Virus record (IMG/VR): IMGVR_UViG_3300043493_000033
Location: 1-41,942 of that record
From: a virus
Lineage: Duplodnaviria > Caudoviricetes
Direction: 5' to 3' (one strand)
DNA length: 41,942 nucleotides
Shown: piece after piece, positions 17,393 to 25,301 of the stretch
How positions within the stretch are numbered: the stretch's first letter is position 1
How the letters are laid out: every line of letters starts with the position of its first letter
The notes under the pieces: generated by a model
What the model saw: the letters and a program-made list of their open reading frames with translations, nothing else
Database searches by the model: none
What the model was told of the DNA's origin: nothing
Program-made: the position numbers and the translations under genes

Positions 17393-18867
17393 CGGCCAGT
17401 CGTCGGCACGAAGTCCGCCTCCCAGCCCGCCGCATGCTGCCAATCCGTCCCGGCCGGAATGTCGATCTGAAAACGGTGAAAGTGCCCGTCTGCATTCATG
17501 CGGTAGTAACCGCTACGCTGCTGCGGTATGGCGGACGACGTCAGCCAGTCGTCGCCATAGCGTTGCCGCTTCGACACTTTTACGGTGATGGTGCTCGGCT
17601 CGTAGGTAAGCCCGTCCCCTGCGCGCCGGCTTTCCTCGATGTAGGTCAGCACACTGCGCATTCTCACCCGTCGCCCAGCCTGGAACTCATGGGAGCCAGT
17701 CAGCAACGTCGCCGCCAGGTTAGGCCCCTCCATGGTCGAGAGCTGCAAGTCCGTGCCGACTGCCGCGAGGACGGGCGCTCCGGAGCGGTAGATGAAGCTG
17801 TCCAGCGACGGCAGGCCCGGAAGATCCATGTCCATCGGGTCCGGCCCGGCGCTATCGAGGCTCACCGAAGCTGTCGCCAGGCGCGACAGGATGTAGGTGT
17901 TGACTTCCAACTCGGACCAGCGGTCGATGCCCCAATCATAGACCAGCACGCGGTCGTTCCATTGCTCGTCACCCACCGCGTAGGTCCAATAAATGCGTGA
18001 GGCGTGCGGGTCGAAGGTCGAGAATACCCGAGTGACGGCTCCCTGGTTCAGCGCATCATAGAAATAGCCACTGATGCGCTTTTCCGAGATGCTCTTCTGC
18101 TGGTCCGCATTGCCCACATAGAACCCATTGTCACTGAGCCAATAGGCAATGCCGCCAAACTCGATGACGCCGAAGGGCGAAACGGTGCCCTTCTCGCTGC
18201 TCATCGTCGGGAAGCTGAAAGCGTATTTATCACCTGTGCTGATGATACCTCTCAGGCCGCGCTGCAGAAACAGAATATGCGCGTTGGCGCAAAAGCCCGT
18301 CACCTCGCCCGCGTCACTGAACTCCTGAAAGCCCGCCGTGCCGGACGTGTAGTCCTCGCTGTCGTTGATCGCCGACCAGCGGATCGCACGCGGGTTGGTG
18401 AACAGCCGCGAAAAGACCACGTGGTCATCCATGACGGTGACGAAGCTTGCGATCGGCGCATTCGGTAAGTCTGCAAAGTTGGCGCCACTGTCCACGTCGA
18501 TGAATTGCGGCTCGTTGCCACCATTACAGACGATCAGCCGGTTGCCGTATTGCGTGCCGCTCCAATAGTCGTCAGTCGGCAGGGCATAGTTGCCACCTAC
18601 CAGCCTCGACACATCGGCAAATGTGCCGGTGTCCGGCTCGTATTTGTAGAGTTTTTCGGCGGTCGCCGCGTAGGTGTCGTAGTCCCCCGCCGCCGTCTGC
18701 ACATACCAGAGGCCGCGACAGGGCAGCGGCAGCGGCGTGACGGAATGTGCGATCAGGCCGGGAGCCGGTAAATATGAGTTTATGCCGGGCAGGACATTGC
18801 GGGCGATATCGAGCGTGTCAGTGTTTAAGTCACTCACATCCGGTGAGAACTCGCCGAACTGTCTCAT
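17389..18867 (-). CDS. Tail nozzle / tail tubular protein B-like
   Basis: FGEFSPD..ARNVLP N-terminus, IRWSAIND, YWLSDNGFY, LVYDWGIDRWS beta-propeller-like motifs. Confidence 0.75.
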   Translation of the reverse strand: MRQFGEFSPDVSDLNTDTLDIARNVLPGINSYLPAPGLIAHSVTPLPLPCRGLWYVQTAAGDYDTYAATAEKLYKYEPDTGTFADVSRLVGGNYALPTDDYWSGTQYGNRLIVCNGGNEPQFIDVDSGANFADLPNAPIASFVTVMDDHVVFSRLFTNPRAIRWSAINDSEDYTSGTAGFQEFSDAGEVTGFCANAHILFLQRGLRGIISTGDKYAFSFPTMSSEKGTVSPFGVIEFGGIAYWLSDNGFYVGNADQQKSISEKRISGYFYDALNQGAVTRVFSTFDPHASRIYWTYAVGDEQWNDRVLVYDWGIDRWSELEVNTYILSRLATASVSLDSAGPDPMDMDLPGLPSLDSFIYRSGAPVLAAVGTDLQLSTMEGPNLAATLLTGSHEFQAGRRVRMRSVLTYIEESRRAGDGLTYEPSTITVKVSKRQRYGDDWLTSSAIPQQRSGYYRMNADGHFHRFQIDIPAGTDWQHAAGWEADFVPTTGR

Positions 18868-20492
18868 AAGGCAGACTTTGCTGCCAACTCGGCATCGCTT
18901 AAGCCGCGCGGCAGGATCATCAGCTTCTCGATGTAGAAGCTCGCAGTGGACGCCACGTTGTTGCCGGTGCCGCCAAACCGCACCTCAGTGACGGTCGGCA
19001 GCGTAACGGTGGTGTCGAAAGCAGCAGCTCCTCCGCCCACCGACATGGCGCAGTCGTTGAGCTTGATACGCGCTGCCGCCGAGGCTGCGGTATTGGCCAC
19101 CAGCGTCGGCCCGATGATGGCTCCGACCGCCACGCCCCCGTCCACGACCGCCAGCCGCGCCGTTGTGTTGGCCACAAAGCCCGCGATCTCATTCGCCGTG
19201 CCATCGGTCAGCGCCACAGCGTATTTACCGTTGGCGATATTCGGCGTCGAAAACCGCGCGTAGATGGAATACTCGCTGCCGAGCGCCGGGATGGTGGACA
19301 GCAGGAACGTGTAATTGTCCGCCACTCGCGTGACCGTCGCCCCGAACGTCAGGATCGGCGACGTGGGCACAGTGCCAAGCTCGAGCTGCGCGTTGCTGAC
19401 AGTTCCAGTCACCGTCAGTGTCAGCGACGTCGATGTCGTCGAGAATGTCAGGGAAACCCGTGTTGTGGCACTGCTCCCCGTCAGCGGCCCGGCCGTCGAG
19501 GCCCCCGTCAGCGTGACCGTCCCGGTGCCCCAGAACGACAGGGTATAGGTTGTCAGATTGGCGACCGCAACAGTCTGCGTCGAGAGCGCCGCGCTGTTTA
19601 GCAGCATGTTGGTGGCTGCCAACTCATACAGCAAGCCCGTCGCCACATGCGTCACCACATCGTAGTCAACGGCCAGACCGGCACGCGCCAATGTCGTAGT
19701 AGGAAGGTAAATCAGTGGCGTAGAGCCGCGGTTGAGCTGCGCCCCCCACAGATATAACCCGGAACTTGCATTGCCGGCATAGGTGCCAACCTGGCCATTG
19801 GCGGTGCGGACAAGGAACGTCGGGCCACCAACAGTTGCATCCTTAACGAAGGTTATCGAGCAACGATACCAGCCACTGCCGACTGACGTGATGACCCCAC
19901 CATTCGCCGACGTGCCGACAACGCCATTGGTAAGATCGAACCAGTCGGCCAGCGTGAAGCCATTCAAGGGCACCATCGACAGCCAATTGCGCTCGGCGGC
20001 CTTGGCATAGACACTTAGGGTATATGTCATGCCCGTTATCCAGCCAGCGTTGGCGTGGATGAGCTGGTGGCTGCTGGTGTTCGCCACCTCGACGATCTTG
20101 TCTGCCGTCAGCGTCCCGTCCGGCGCGGTTGTCACGTTCGCCGTGACAGTTACCGTCGTGGTCGGATTCCACGGCGTCGTCTGATCAAACGCCTGCGACT
20201 GTATGCACATATTGTGTGGCGACCAGCCGAGGGCGCCGGCCACGTCGAAAACTTGCTTTGGGCTGGTTCCAGTATTCAGGTAAAACGTATTCAGTGCTGA
20301 CGCTACCGTCACGCCGGCCGTCTTCACCGCCACGCGCTGCGCGTCCGTCGTGTAGGTGAAGTCCGTCGCAAAGCCGTCCGTCTCATTGGCCAGCAGGGCC
20401 GCTCCGCCGACAGGGCCGGAAACACCACCGTGCGGTTTTGCCCCGAGCCGGCCGAAGCCTGTCCCGAGGCTGCCAACCCGCCCAAACGCCAT
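18864..20492 (-). CDS. Fibre/spike protein with carbohydrate-binding-like domains, 542 aa
   Basis: Start moved to ATG 20492. APDGTLTADK, YTLSVYAK, GWYRCSIT, LWGAQL, TNMLLNS, AQLE.G..PTSPI.T motifs. Confidence 0.7.
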   Translation of the reverse strand: MAFGRVGSLGTGFGRLGAKPHGGVSGPVGGAALLANETDGFATDFTYTTDAQRVAVKTAGVTVASALNTFYLNTGTSPKQVFDVAGALGWSPHNMCIQSQAFDQTTPWNPTTTVTVTANVTTAPDGTLTADKIVEVANTSSHQLIHANAGWITGMTYTLSVYAKAAERNWLSMVPLNGFTLADWFDLTNGVVGTSANGGVITSVGSGWYRCSITFVKDATVGGPTFLVRTANGQVGTYAGNASSGLYLWGAQLNRGSTPLIYLPTTTLARAGLAVDYDVVTHVATGLLYELAATNMLLNSAALSTQTVAVANLTTYTLSFWGTGTVTLTGASTAGPLTGSSATTRVSLTFSTTSTSLTLTVTGTVSNAQLELGTVPTSPILTFGATVTRVADNYTFLLSTIPALGSEYSIYARFSTPNIANGKYAVALTDGTANEIAGFVANTTARLAVVDGGVAVGAIIGPTLVANTAASAAARIKLNDCAMSVGGGAAAFDTTVTLPTVTEVRFGGTGNNVASTASFYIEKLMILPRGLSDAELAAKSAL

Positions 20493-20496
20493 TGGC

Positions 20497-20784
20497 CTAG
20501 CTGACCTCGGTGACGTGCAGGGTGCCGCCGGCCGAACTCTGGATGGCCGACACCTTCTCGCCCGCCGCGACCGTGAAATACTCCACCGTGTCGGCCGGCA
20601 TGTAGATGCCGGCTGTCGTGGCCGTGGGCGAGACGCCAATTGCGATGTAGCAGGCGCTCGTCGCACAGACGCGCACCTTCTGCACCCCGGCCGTGATGGT
20701 ATTGGCTACCGTCCCTGCTGTTCCCGTATAGGCGACCGACTGGTGCGTGCCGATGCGACCCGCACCCCAATATTGTGTTGCCAT
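20497..20784 (-). CDS. Small beta-rich virion protein (possible spike base)
   Basis: Start at ATG 20784 (GAGAGGG RBS), directly upstream of the fibre/spike gene. Confidence 0.65.
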   Translation of the reverse strand: MATQYWGAGRIGTHQSVAYTGTAGTVANTITAGVQKVRVCATSACYIAIGVSPTATTAGIYMPADTVEYFTVAAGEKVSAIQSSAGGTLHVTEVS

Positions 20785-20785
20785 A

Positions 20786-21043
20786 TCAGCCCTCTCTGAT
20801 GACGTGCCAGCGCTTTTCGGCAAACAGCGCGAGAACGGCATCGGCAATCCCGTATTGCCGCCTGCCGCCGCCGAGCCCTTCGGAAATGAGCGCGCGGACC
20901 TTCGCCGGGTCGACTACGTCGACTACGCTGCGCTCGGTCGGAATGATGCCCGTGACGATCTCATCGTCGCCCACATCGCCGCCCTCAAAGGCGGCGTTGG
21001 GCATGGCCGGACGCCGGTCCAAGGAGGCAGGCAATTCCGGCAT
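20786..21043 (-). CDS. Hypothetical protein
   Basis: Fills the gap between neighbours with 1-nt spacing. The start is uncertain. Confidence 0.5.
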   Translation of the reverse strand: MPELPASLDRRPAMPNAAFEGGDVGDDEIVTGIIPTERSVVDVVDPAKVRALISEGLGGGRRQYGIADAVLALFAEKRWHVIREG

Positions 21044-21044
21044 C

Positions 21045-21803
21045 TCAAGCCTTGCGCTTGGCATCCGCCTCTTCCTTGTCTGCCTTGGCCTTGGCGTCCT
21101 TGTCTGCCTTGGCCTTCCTGGCCTTGGCTGTGTCGCCGCTCCCGGCATCGAGCGCCTTGGTGACGACCCACTCGGCCTGGTGCATGCGCTCCACGATACG
21201 CTTTGCGCTGGCGTGATTGTCCCCAGAGCCGCCGAGCGTGCCGGCAATCAGCATCTGAATGTTCTCGTCGGGGATGTCCCCGCCCGACTGCACCTCGTCG
21301 AATTGAGGTGCTTCCTCCGGCACTTCCGGCAGCACATTGTCGGGACGCACGCCACCGCCAGGAAGCGGGGCGGGCTTGCCAGGCTTGATCGGGTTACCCG
21401 GCAGGGACTGGTCGGGCTTGCCGCCAGCGCCGGGCAGAGTGTTGTCGGGCGCACCGGGAAGCTGATTGCCGGGCTTCAGGCTCGTATCCGGCGGCTTGAT
21501 CGGGCTCTCCCAGCCGGGTGCATCGCCCTTCGCGTCGCCAGCCCGCAGGTCTGGATCGTCCATCGGGTCGTAGTGCGGCTTGTTCGCCATGGGTTTCTTT
21601 CCTCTCTTGGCTTTCGCCAGTGTTTGAGCTTTTTCCTTCACTCTCGTGGGCCTCGGCCCACGTTTTTGCGGTGTCTTGGTCGGCGCCATTGCCTTGCGCA
21701 GCCAATCGGGCGGCTCAGCCTTGGCCTGTGGCCTGGGCTTCGCCTTGGCTTTCGCCGGAGGGCGGGCCTTCGGCTTGTTCTTCGAGCCCTTCGGCCTGGC
21801 CAT
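21045..21803 (-). CDS. Basic, Pro-rich protein with PDxxLPG repeats
   Basis: GGGAGGAG RBS before MARPKGSKNK. Lys/Ala/Pro-rich N-terminus; a second in-frame start is possible at 21590. Confidence 0.7.
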   Translation of the reverse strand: MARPKGSKNKPKARPPAKAKAKPRPQAKAEPPDWLRKAMAPTKTPQKRGPRPTRVKEKAQTLAKAKRGKKPMANKPHYDPMDDPDLRAGDAKGDAPGWESPIKPPDTSLKPGNQLPGAPDNTLPGAGGKPDQSLPGNPIKPGKPAPLPGGGVRPDNVLPEVPEEAPQFDEVQSGGDIPDENIQMLIAGTLGGSGDNHASAKRIVERMHQAEWVVTKALDAGSGDTAKARKAKADKDAKAKADKEEADAKRKA

Positions 21804-21900
21804 GTGTTCTCCTCCCTGCTTTAAGGTCGCCGCCACGCCACAGGAGGTGCTCGCTCTCGGTCCAGTGTGAACGGGACTGAAGGCGTGGCGGCGATGGGTG

Positions 21901-22709
21901 TTACGGTGTCAGGTCGAAAACGCCACCCGAAGCTTTTTCGTTGCGGCTTTCCAAACTATACTCACACAAGATCTGTGTTTTCTCGGAGTCACCAGTCTTG
22001 GCCAAGTCCCACCGCCGCATGTTGCGGAGGTATGCTACGGCCCACTTGTCCATCTCAAGAACAAGACAGTCCCTCGTCCGCATGAAGCGGTTGGCGACCA
22101 CCTTCAGCGTGCCGAAGTCTCCCTCGTAAATCTCGACATTGTTGACGATTTTCTTCGTCGATGTCTGCTCATTCGGCCCGGCCGTTCCCGTGCGACCAGT
22201 AAACGTGCTGAACGCCTGTTTGTTTGCGCCCCCGACCATGATCACGTCAGGATCGCCGCCCTCGTTCCAGATGAGCTGCAGGACCGGCTTCAGAAGCGCC
22301 TCGGTGAAAGCCCGCTGCACGCCGTCAGTCCTTGTAGCGAGCCCGTCGAGAGTGACCGGAGACGCACCCGGCGATGCGCCGAATGCGTCGTTGGTGCCGA
22401 TCCATGCCAGCACCGACGCGGTCTTTCTTGCCGTGCCGATTGCGCCCGCGTTTTTCGCTTGATTGGAGAGCAGGATGCTCTCCATGTCGCGCTTTAGCTC
22501 CTGCCCTTTCAGCGCAAGCTGATAGGACAGCTCGTTGTCACGCCCGGCCCGGTCGATGGCGTTCTCCGTGCCGGTGACTGCCGCCACCTTGTCGGAGATT
22601 TGCGCGATGTTGCCGAGCCGCACGGTTGGAGTGGCGGCATCGATCGTCGCGTCGTCGCCTTCGAGCACCGCATTAGCCGTGCTCGCGGCGGCGAGGTTTT
22701 GAACTTGCC
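21901..22709 (-). CDS. Major capsid protein, exon 2
   Basis: (W)QVQNLAAAS..NAVLEGDDA...RLGNIAQI...ELKRDME...DFGTLKVVANRF...LAKTGD, a DUF5309/SU10-type capsid pattern. Confidence 0.9.
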
Positions 22710-23693
22710 CAATGTGTTACCAGCCCTTGCGGGCCGGGGCGGTCATTTCTGCCGCCCTCTCCGTCTTTCGAGCGGAGATCAGAACTATATCTTCACTTAC
22801 GATCCAGCTATCATTTCCAGATGGAAATTCTGCCCCAACTCCGCGCGCGTCGTTCGAGTGCCTATCCTCTTGACTGCGATTTCTTTGCCTCCGTCAACTC
22901 CGAGCCAAAAGCCTATTTTCTGGGGTTCTTGGCTGCTGACGGTTACGTGGCAAAGAGCGGCAAGTGGGTTGCGTGTTGCGTCTCGGAAACCGACGTTCAC
23001 ATCCTCGAAGAAATGCGCTTGGCAATGGGTAGCGGTGCTCCTATTGCCGCCAAAATCAGCCGAGGAGGTTATCCCAACACCAAACCCCAGCGCGTCATCA
23101 CCTTTTGCAGCCGAAAGCTGATTGGTGACTTGGCTTCGCTAGGCATCGTGCCGGGCAAATCCAAGACCCTCACCTATCCCCTAATCCCTGCCGATGTAGA
23201 ACGACATTTTCTCAGGGGGCTGCTTGATGGTGACGGATGGATCGGGCCGCGCCAGTTTGCATTTACAGGAACAGCAGACGTACTCGATGGCATATGCAAG
23301 GCGGTCTTACGCCACACAGGCCAAGCGCTGGCTCATTCCAAGTTTACTTCTGGCCACGGCAGGCTGATCGGTTCCTGGCGTGATCGAGACGTTCTCCGGT
23401 GGCTCTACACCGAAGCCGGTTGGTTCCTCCGTAGAAAACATCAGAAAGTTCTGGATAGCTGGACATAAGGCCGGGCACTCGCGGCTCCATTACTGCTTTC
23501 GCGCGGGAGCTAGTCGTTGAACCGTCACCGCCCCTAGGCCGTCTCCGGCTTACATGCGGCGCTTGGCTGCTGATTACCCAATCCATTGACTTTTCGAACA
23601 TTCGCGCTTGCCGTTGCCAGCTACGCTGTAGTGTCGATGGCTCTAAGGGCTTCCCAGACAATTCACCCGGTTTTACACGAGCAGATCAAGTTT
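22710..23693 (-). mobile_element. Group I self-splicing intron, 984 nt
   Basis: 5' exon ends in U and the intron ends in G. P1 CACGAGU/GCUCGUG with U.G wobble; P10 AACUUG/CAAGUU; P3 CCGGGU/GCCCGG. Core elements: P AAUUGUCUGGGAA, Q AAUCAGCAG, R GUUCAACGACUA, S AAGAUAUAGUUC. Confidence 0.93.
22821..23468 (+). CDS. Double-motif LAGLIDADG homing endonuclease, antisense within the intron
   Basis: AYFLGFLAADGYV and HFLRGLLDGDGWI motifs, plus LGIVPGKS. Confidence 0.9.
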   Translation: MEILPQLRARRSSAYPLDCDFFASVNSEPKAYFLGFLAADGYVAKSGKWVACCVSETDVHILEEMRLAMGSGAPIAAKISRGGYPNTKPQRVITFCSRKLIGDLASLGIVPGKSKTLTYPLIPADVERHFLRGLLDGDGWIGPRQFAFTGTADVLDGICKAVLRHTGQALAHSKFTSGHGRLIGSWRDRDVLRWLYTEAGWFLRRKHQKVLDSWT

Positions 23694-23841
23694 ACTCGTG
23701 GTTCACTGCCTTGGCTTTTACTTTCTCTACACCACTGAGGAAGGGAGTTTCCGTAGGGCTGATACGATAAATGGTGTCACTGAGGTCTTCTCTGTTACCG
23801 ATCGACTGATAGGTAGCAAAGACATCTGTTGGAACTGTCAT
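23694..23841 (-). CDS. Major capsid protein, exon 1 (not in ORF track)
   Basis: AAAGGA RBS; MTVPTDVFATYQSIGNREDLSDTIYRISPTETPFLSGVEKVKAKAVNHE. Joining to exon 2 gives HEWQ and a 318-aa ORF. Confidence 0.9.
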
Positions 23842-23851
23842 TGTCCGTCCT

Positions 23852-24940
23852 TTACGGGGACCGACTGCCGTTCATTGCCGCAATAAGCCTTGCGGCATCC
23901 TTGAGACTGCCAGTGCGGTCCAATTGGCGGTTGAGGTCTTTGAACCGAGCCTCTTGAGCCTCTCCCTTGGCGGGAGCGCTGCCCGGACGCTGGACAGGTG
24001 GAACAGGTGCGCGTGACGGTGACTTGGTGGCCTTAAGGGCCTGTCGATACTGGTAGCCATCCCATGCGAGCATCTGGAAGCGGTGGTCGTGGATCTGGAT
24101 TGGCAGGAACTCGGTTGCGGCCCGTTGCAGAAAGTCCTGCTCGAACCCAACCTCTCCCAGATAATCCATCATCCCTGCGACCAAGCCGGGATAGGCTTTT
24201 GGATCTTTCCACTCCGGAGCCTTGTCGGCGAACTTCTGCGCCTCCTCAGCCCTCCACGCCTCCGCGTTCTGCATGAACTGCTGATGCTGCAGTTGCTGCT
24301 GCTGGGCTTGCTGGGCCTGTTGCGCCTGCAGTTCGGCTGACGCATGCGTCAGCCGCTTGTAGGCCAAGTCCCATGCCTGGTATCGAAGCGGATCGTTACG
24401 TTGCCAGTCCTGCAGATCGTCCCAGGAGGGCGTTCCGAACTCTTTTCGATACTCGGCATCCAGCAACAGCGCCTGCTGCGGCAGCGACTGCTCGTATTGC
24501 CATCGTGCTTGCGCTTGTGCCTGCTCCGCCTGCTGCGCCAAGGCCTCGGCGGCCTTTCGCTGCTCGGCGGCTTCGTTCTGGCCGCGCCGCAATTCCAGCT
24601 CGCGTGTCCTGTCGAGCGCCAGGATGCGTTCCTGGGTGTCTCGGGGGAGGCTCGCAAAAGCTTCCTTGTCGGCTTTCGTCCATGACCTCGGGGCGTCGAT
24701 GGGCTTCTGAGAAGGGTCGTCGCTACCGTCAGTCTCGCCGCTGGGCCTTTCGGGGGCGGCGTCAGCACCATCTGGTGCCGAAGGTTTGTCCGTCTTACCG
24801 GAAATGAGATCCGCGGCCTCGCGCGCGGTAATTGGCGCGTCGGAGGGCGGCGGAGATGGAGGAGGAGTAGAAGGCTCGGGAACGGGCGCAATAGGCTCGG
24901 GTGCCGGCGCTCCCGCGTCGGGTTGGGTTGGCTCAGACAT
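23852..24940 (-). CDS. Capsid scaffolding protein
   Basis: Between portal and capsid. Pro-rich acidic N-terminus, APRSW..FASLP, Q-rich coiled coil, TGSLKDAA C-terminus. Confidence 0.8.
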   Translation of the reverse strand: MSEPTQPDAGAPAPEPIAPVPEPSTPPPSPPPSDAPITAREAADLISGKTDKPSAPDGADAAPERPSGETDGSDDPSQKPIDAPRSWTKADKEAFASLPRDTQERILALDRTRELELRRGQNEAAEQRKAAEALAQQAEQAQAQARWQYEQSLPQQALLLDAEYRKEFGTPSWDDLQDWQRNDPLRYQAWDLAYKRLTHASAELQAQQAQQAQQQQLQHQQFMQNAEAWRAEEAQKFADKAPEWKDPKAYPGLVAGMMDYLGEVGFEQDFLQRAATEFLPIQIHDHRFQMLAWDGYQYRQALKATKSPSRAPVPPVQRPGSAPAKGEAQEARFKDLNRQLDRTGSLKDAARLIAAMNGSRSP

Positions 24941-24953
24941 GAAGGGATTTCCT

Positions 24954-24985
24954 AGTTACGCCCAGTTACGCCCAGTTGCGCCCAG
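24954..24985. repeat. Three tandem 10-bp repeats AGTT(A/G)CGCCC
   Basis: AGTTACGCCC AGTTACGCCC AGTTGCGCCC AG in the scaffold leader. Confidence 0.85.
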
Positions 24986-24999
24986 GGCGAGATTTCAGA

Positions 25000-25299
25000 C
25001 TATTCCGAAGCGCTTCGGCGGGCCGTGATCTCGGCGATCTGCCGCTCCGCCAGTCGCCCATTGGCGACAATTGCCTCAAGGTGCGATCGCACTTTCCCGA
25101 CGATCGTCACCGCTATGTGAAGGTTCTTCCGGCCCTCGTCGTCACGCGGGCCCGACATCTCCCACGCCTCGTGATAGGCCGCCTTCAGGGCGTCGAACGC
25201 AGCAGCAATCGGCCCATCGAGCGCCGCCTGCACCTGTGCAGCCGTCGCCATGTCGCGGCGCAGGGCAAATTCATCGTCTGCCATGACAGCTTTTGTCAC
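25000..25299 (-). CDS. Conserved small protein downstream of portal
   Basis: Helical 99-aa ORF (AFDAL...W....D.EGR..L....G) in the usual post-portal position. Confidence 0.7.
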   Translation of the reverse strand: MTKAVMADDEFALRRDMATAAQVQAALDGPIAAAFDALKAAYHEAWEMSGPRDDEGRKNLHIAVTIVGKVRSHLEAIVANGRLAERQIAEITARRSASE

Positions 25300-25301
25300 C
25301 C

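Noticed and set aside
20775-21824. 349-aa plus-strand ORF and similar long overlapping ORFs (e.g. 16563-17588, 33218-34003)
   Set aside because: These are antisense or alternative-frame shadows of real genes, as expected in high-GC DNA.
21901-22668. Truncated or pseudogenised capsid gene, as in the ORF track
   Set aside because: The missing N-terminus is at 23694-23841 and is restored by group I splicing.
22821-23468. Intein in the capsid protein
   Set aside because: The LAGLIDADG ORF is on the opposite strand and has no intein splice-junction residues in frame with the capsid.
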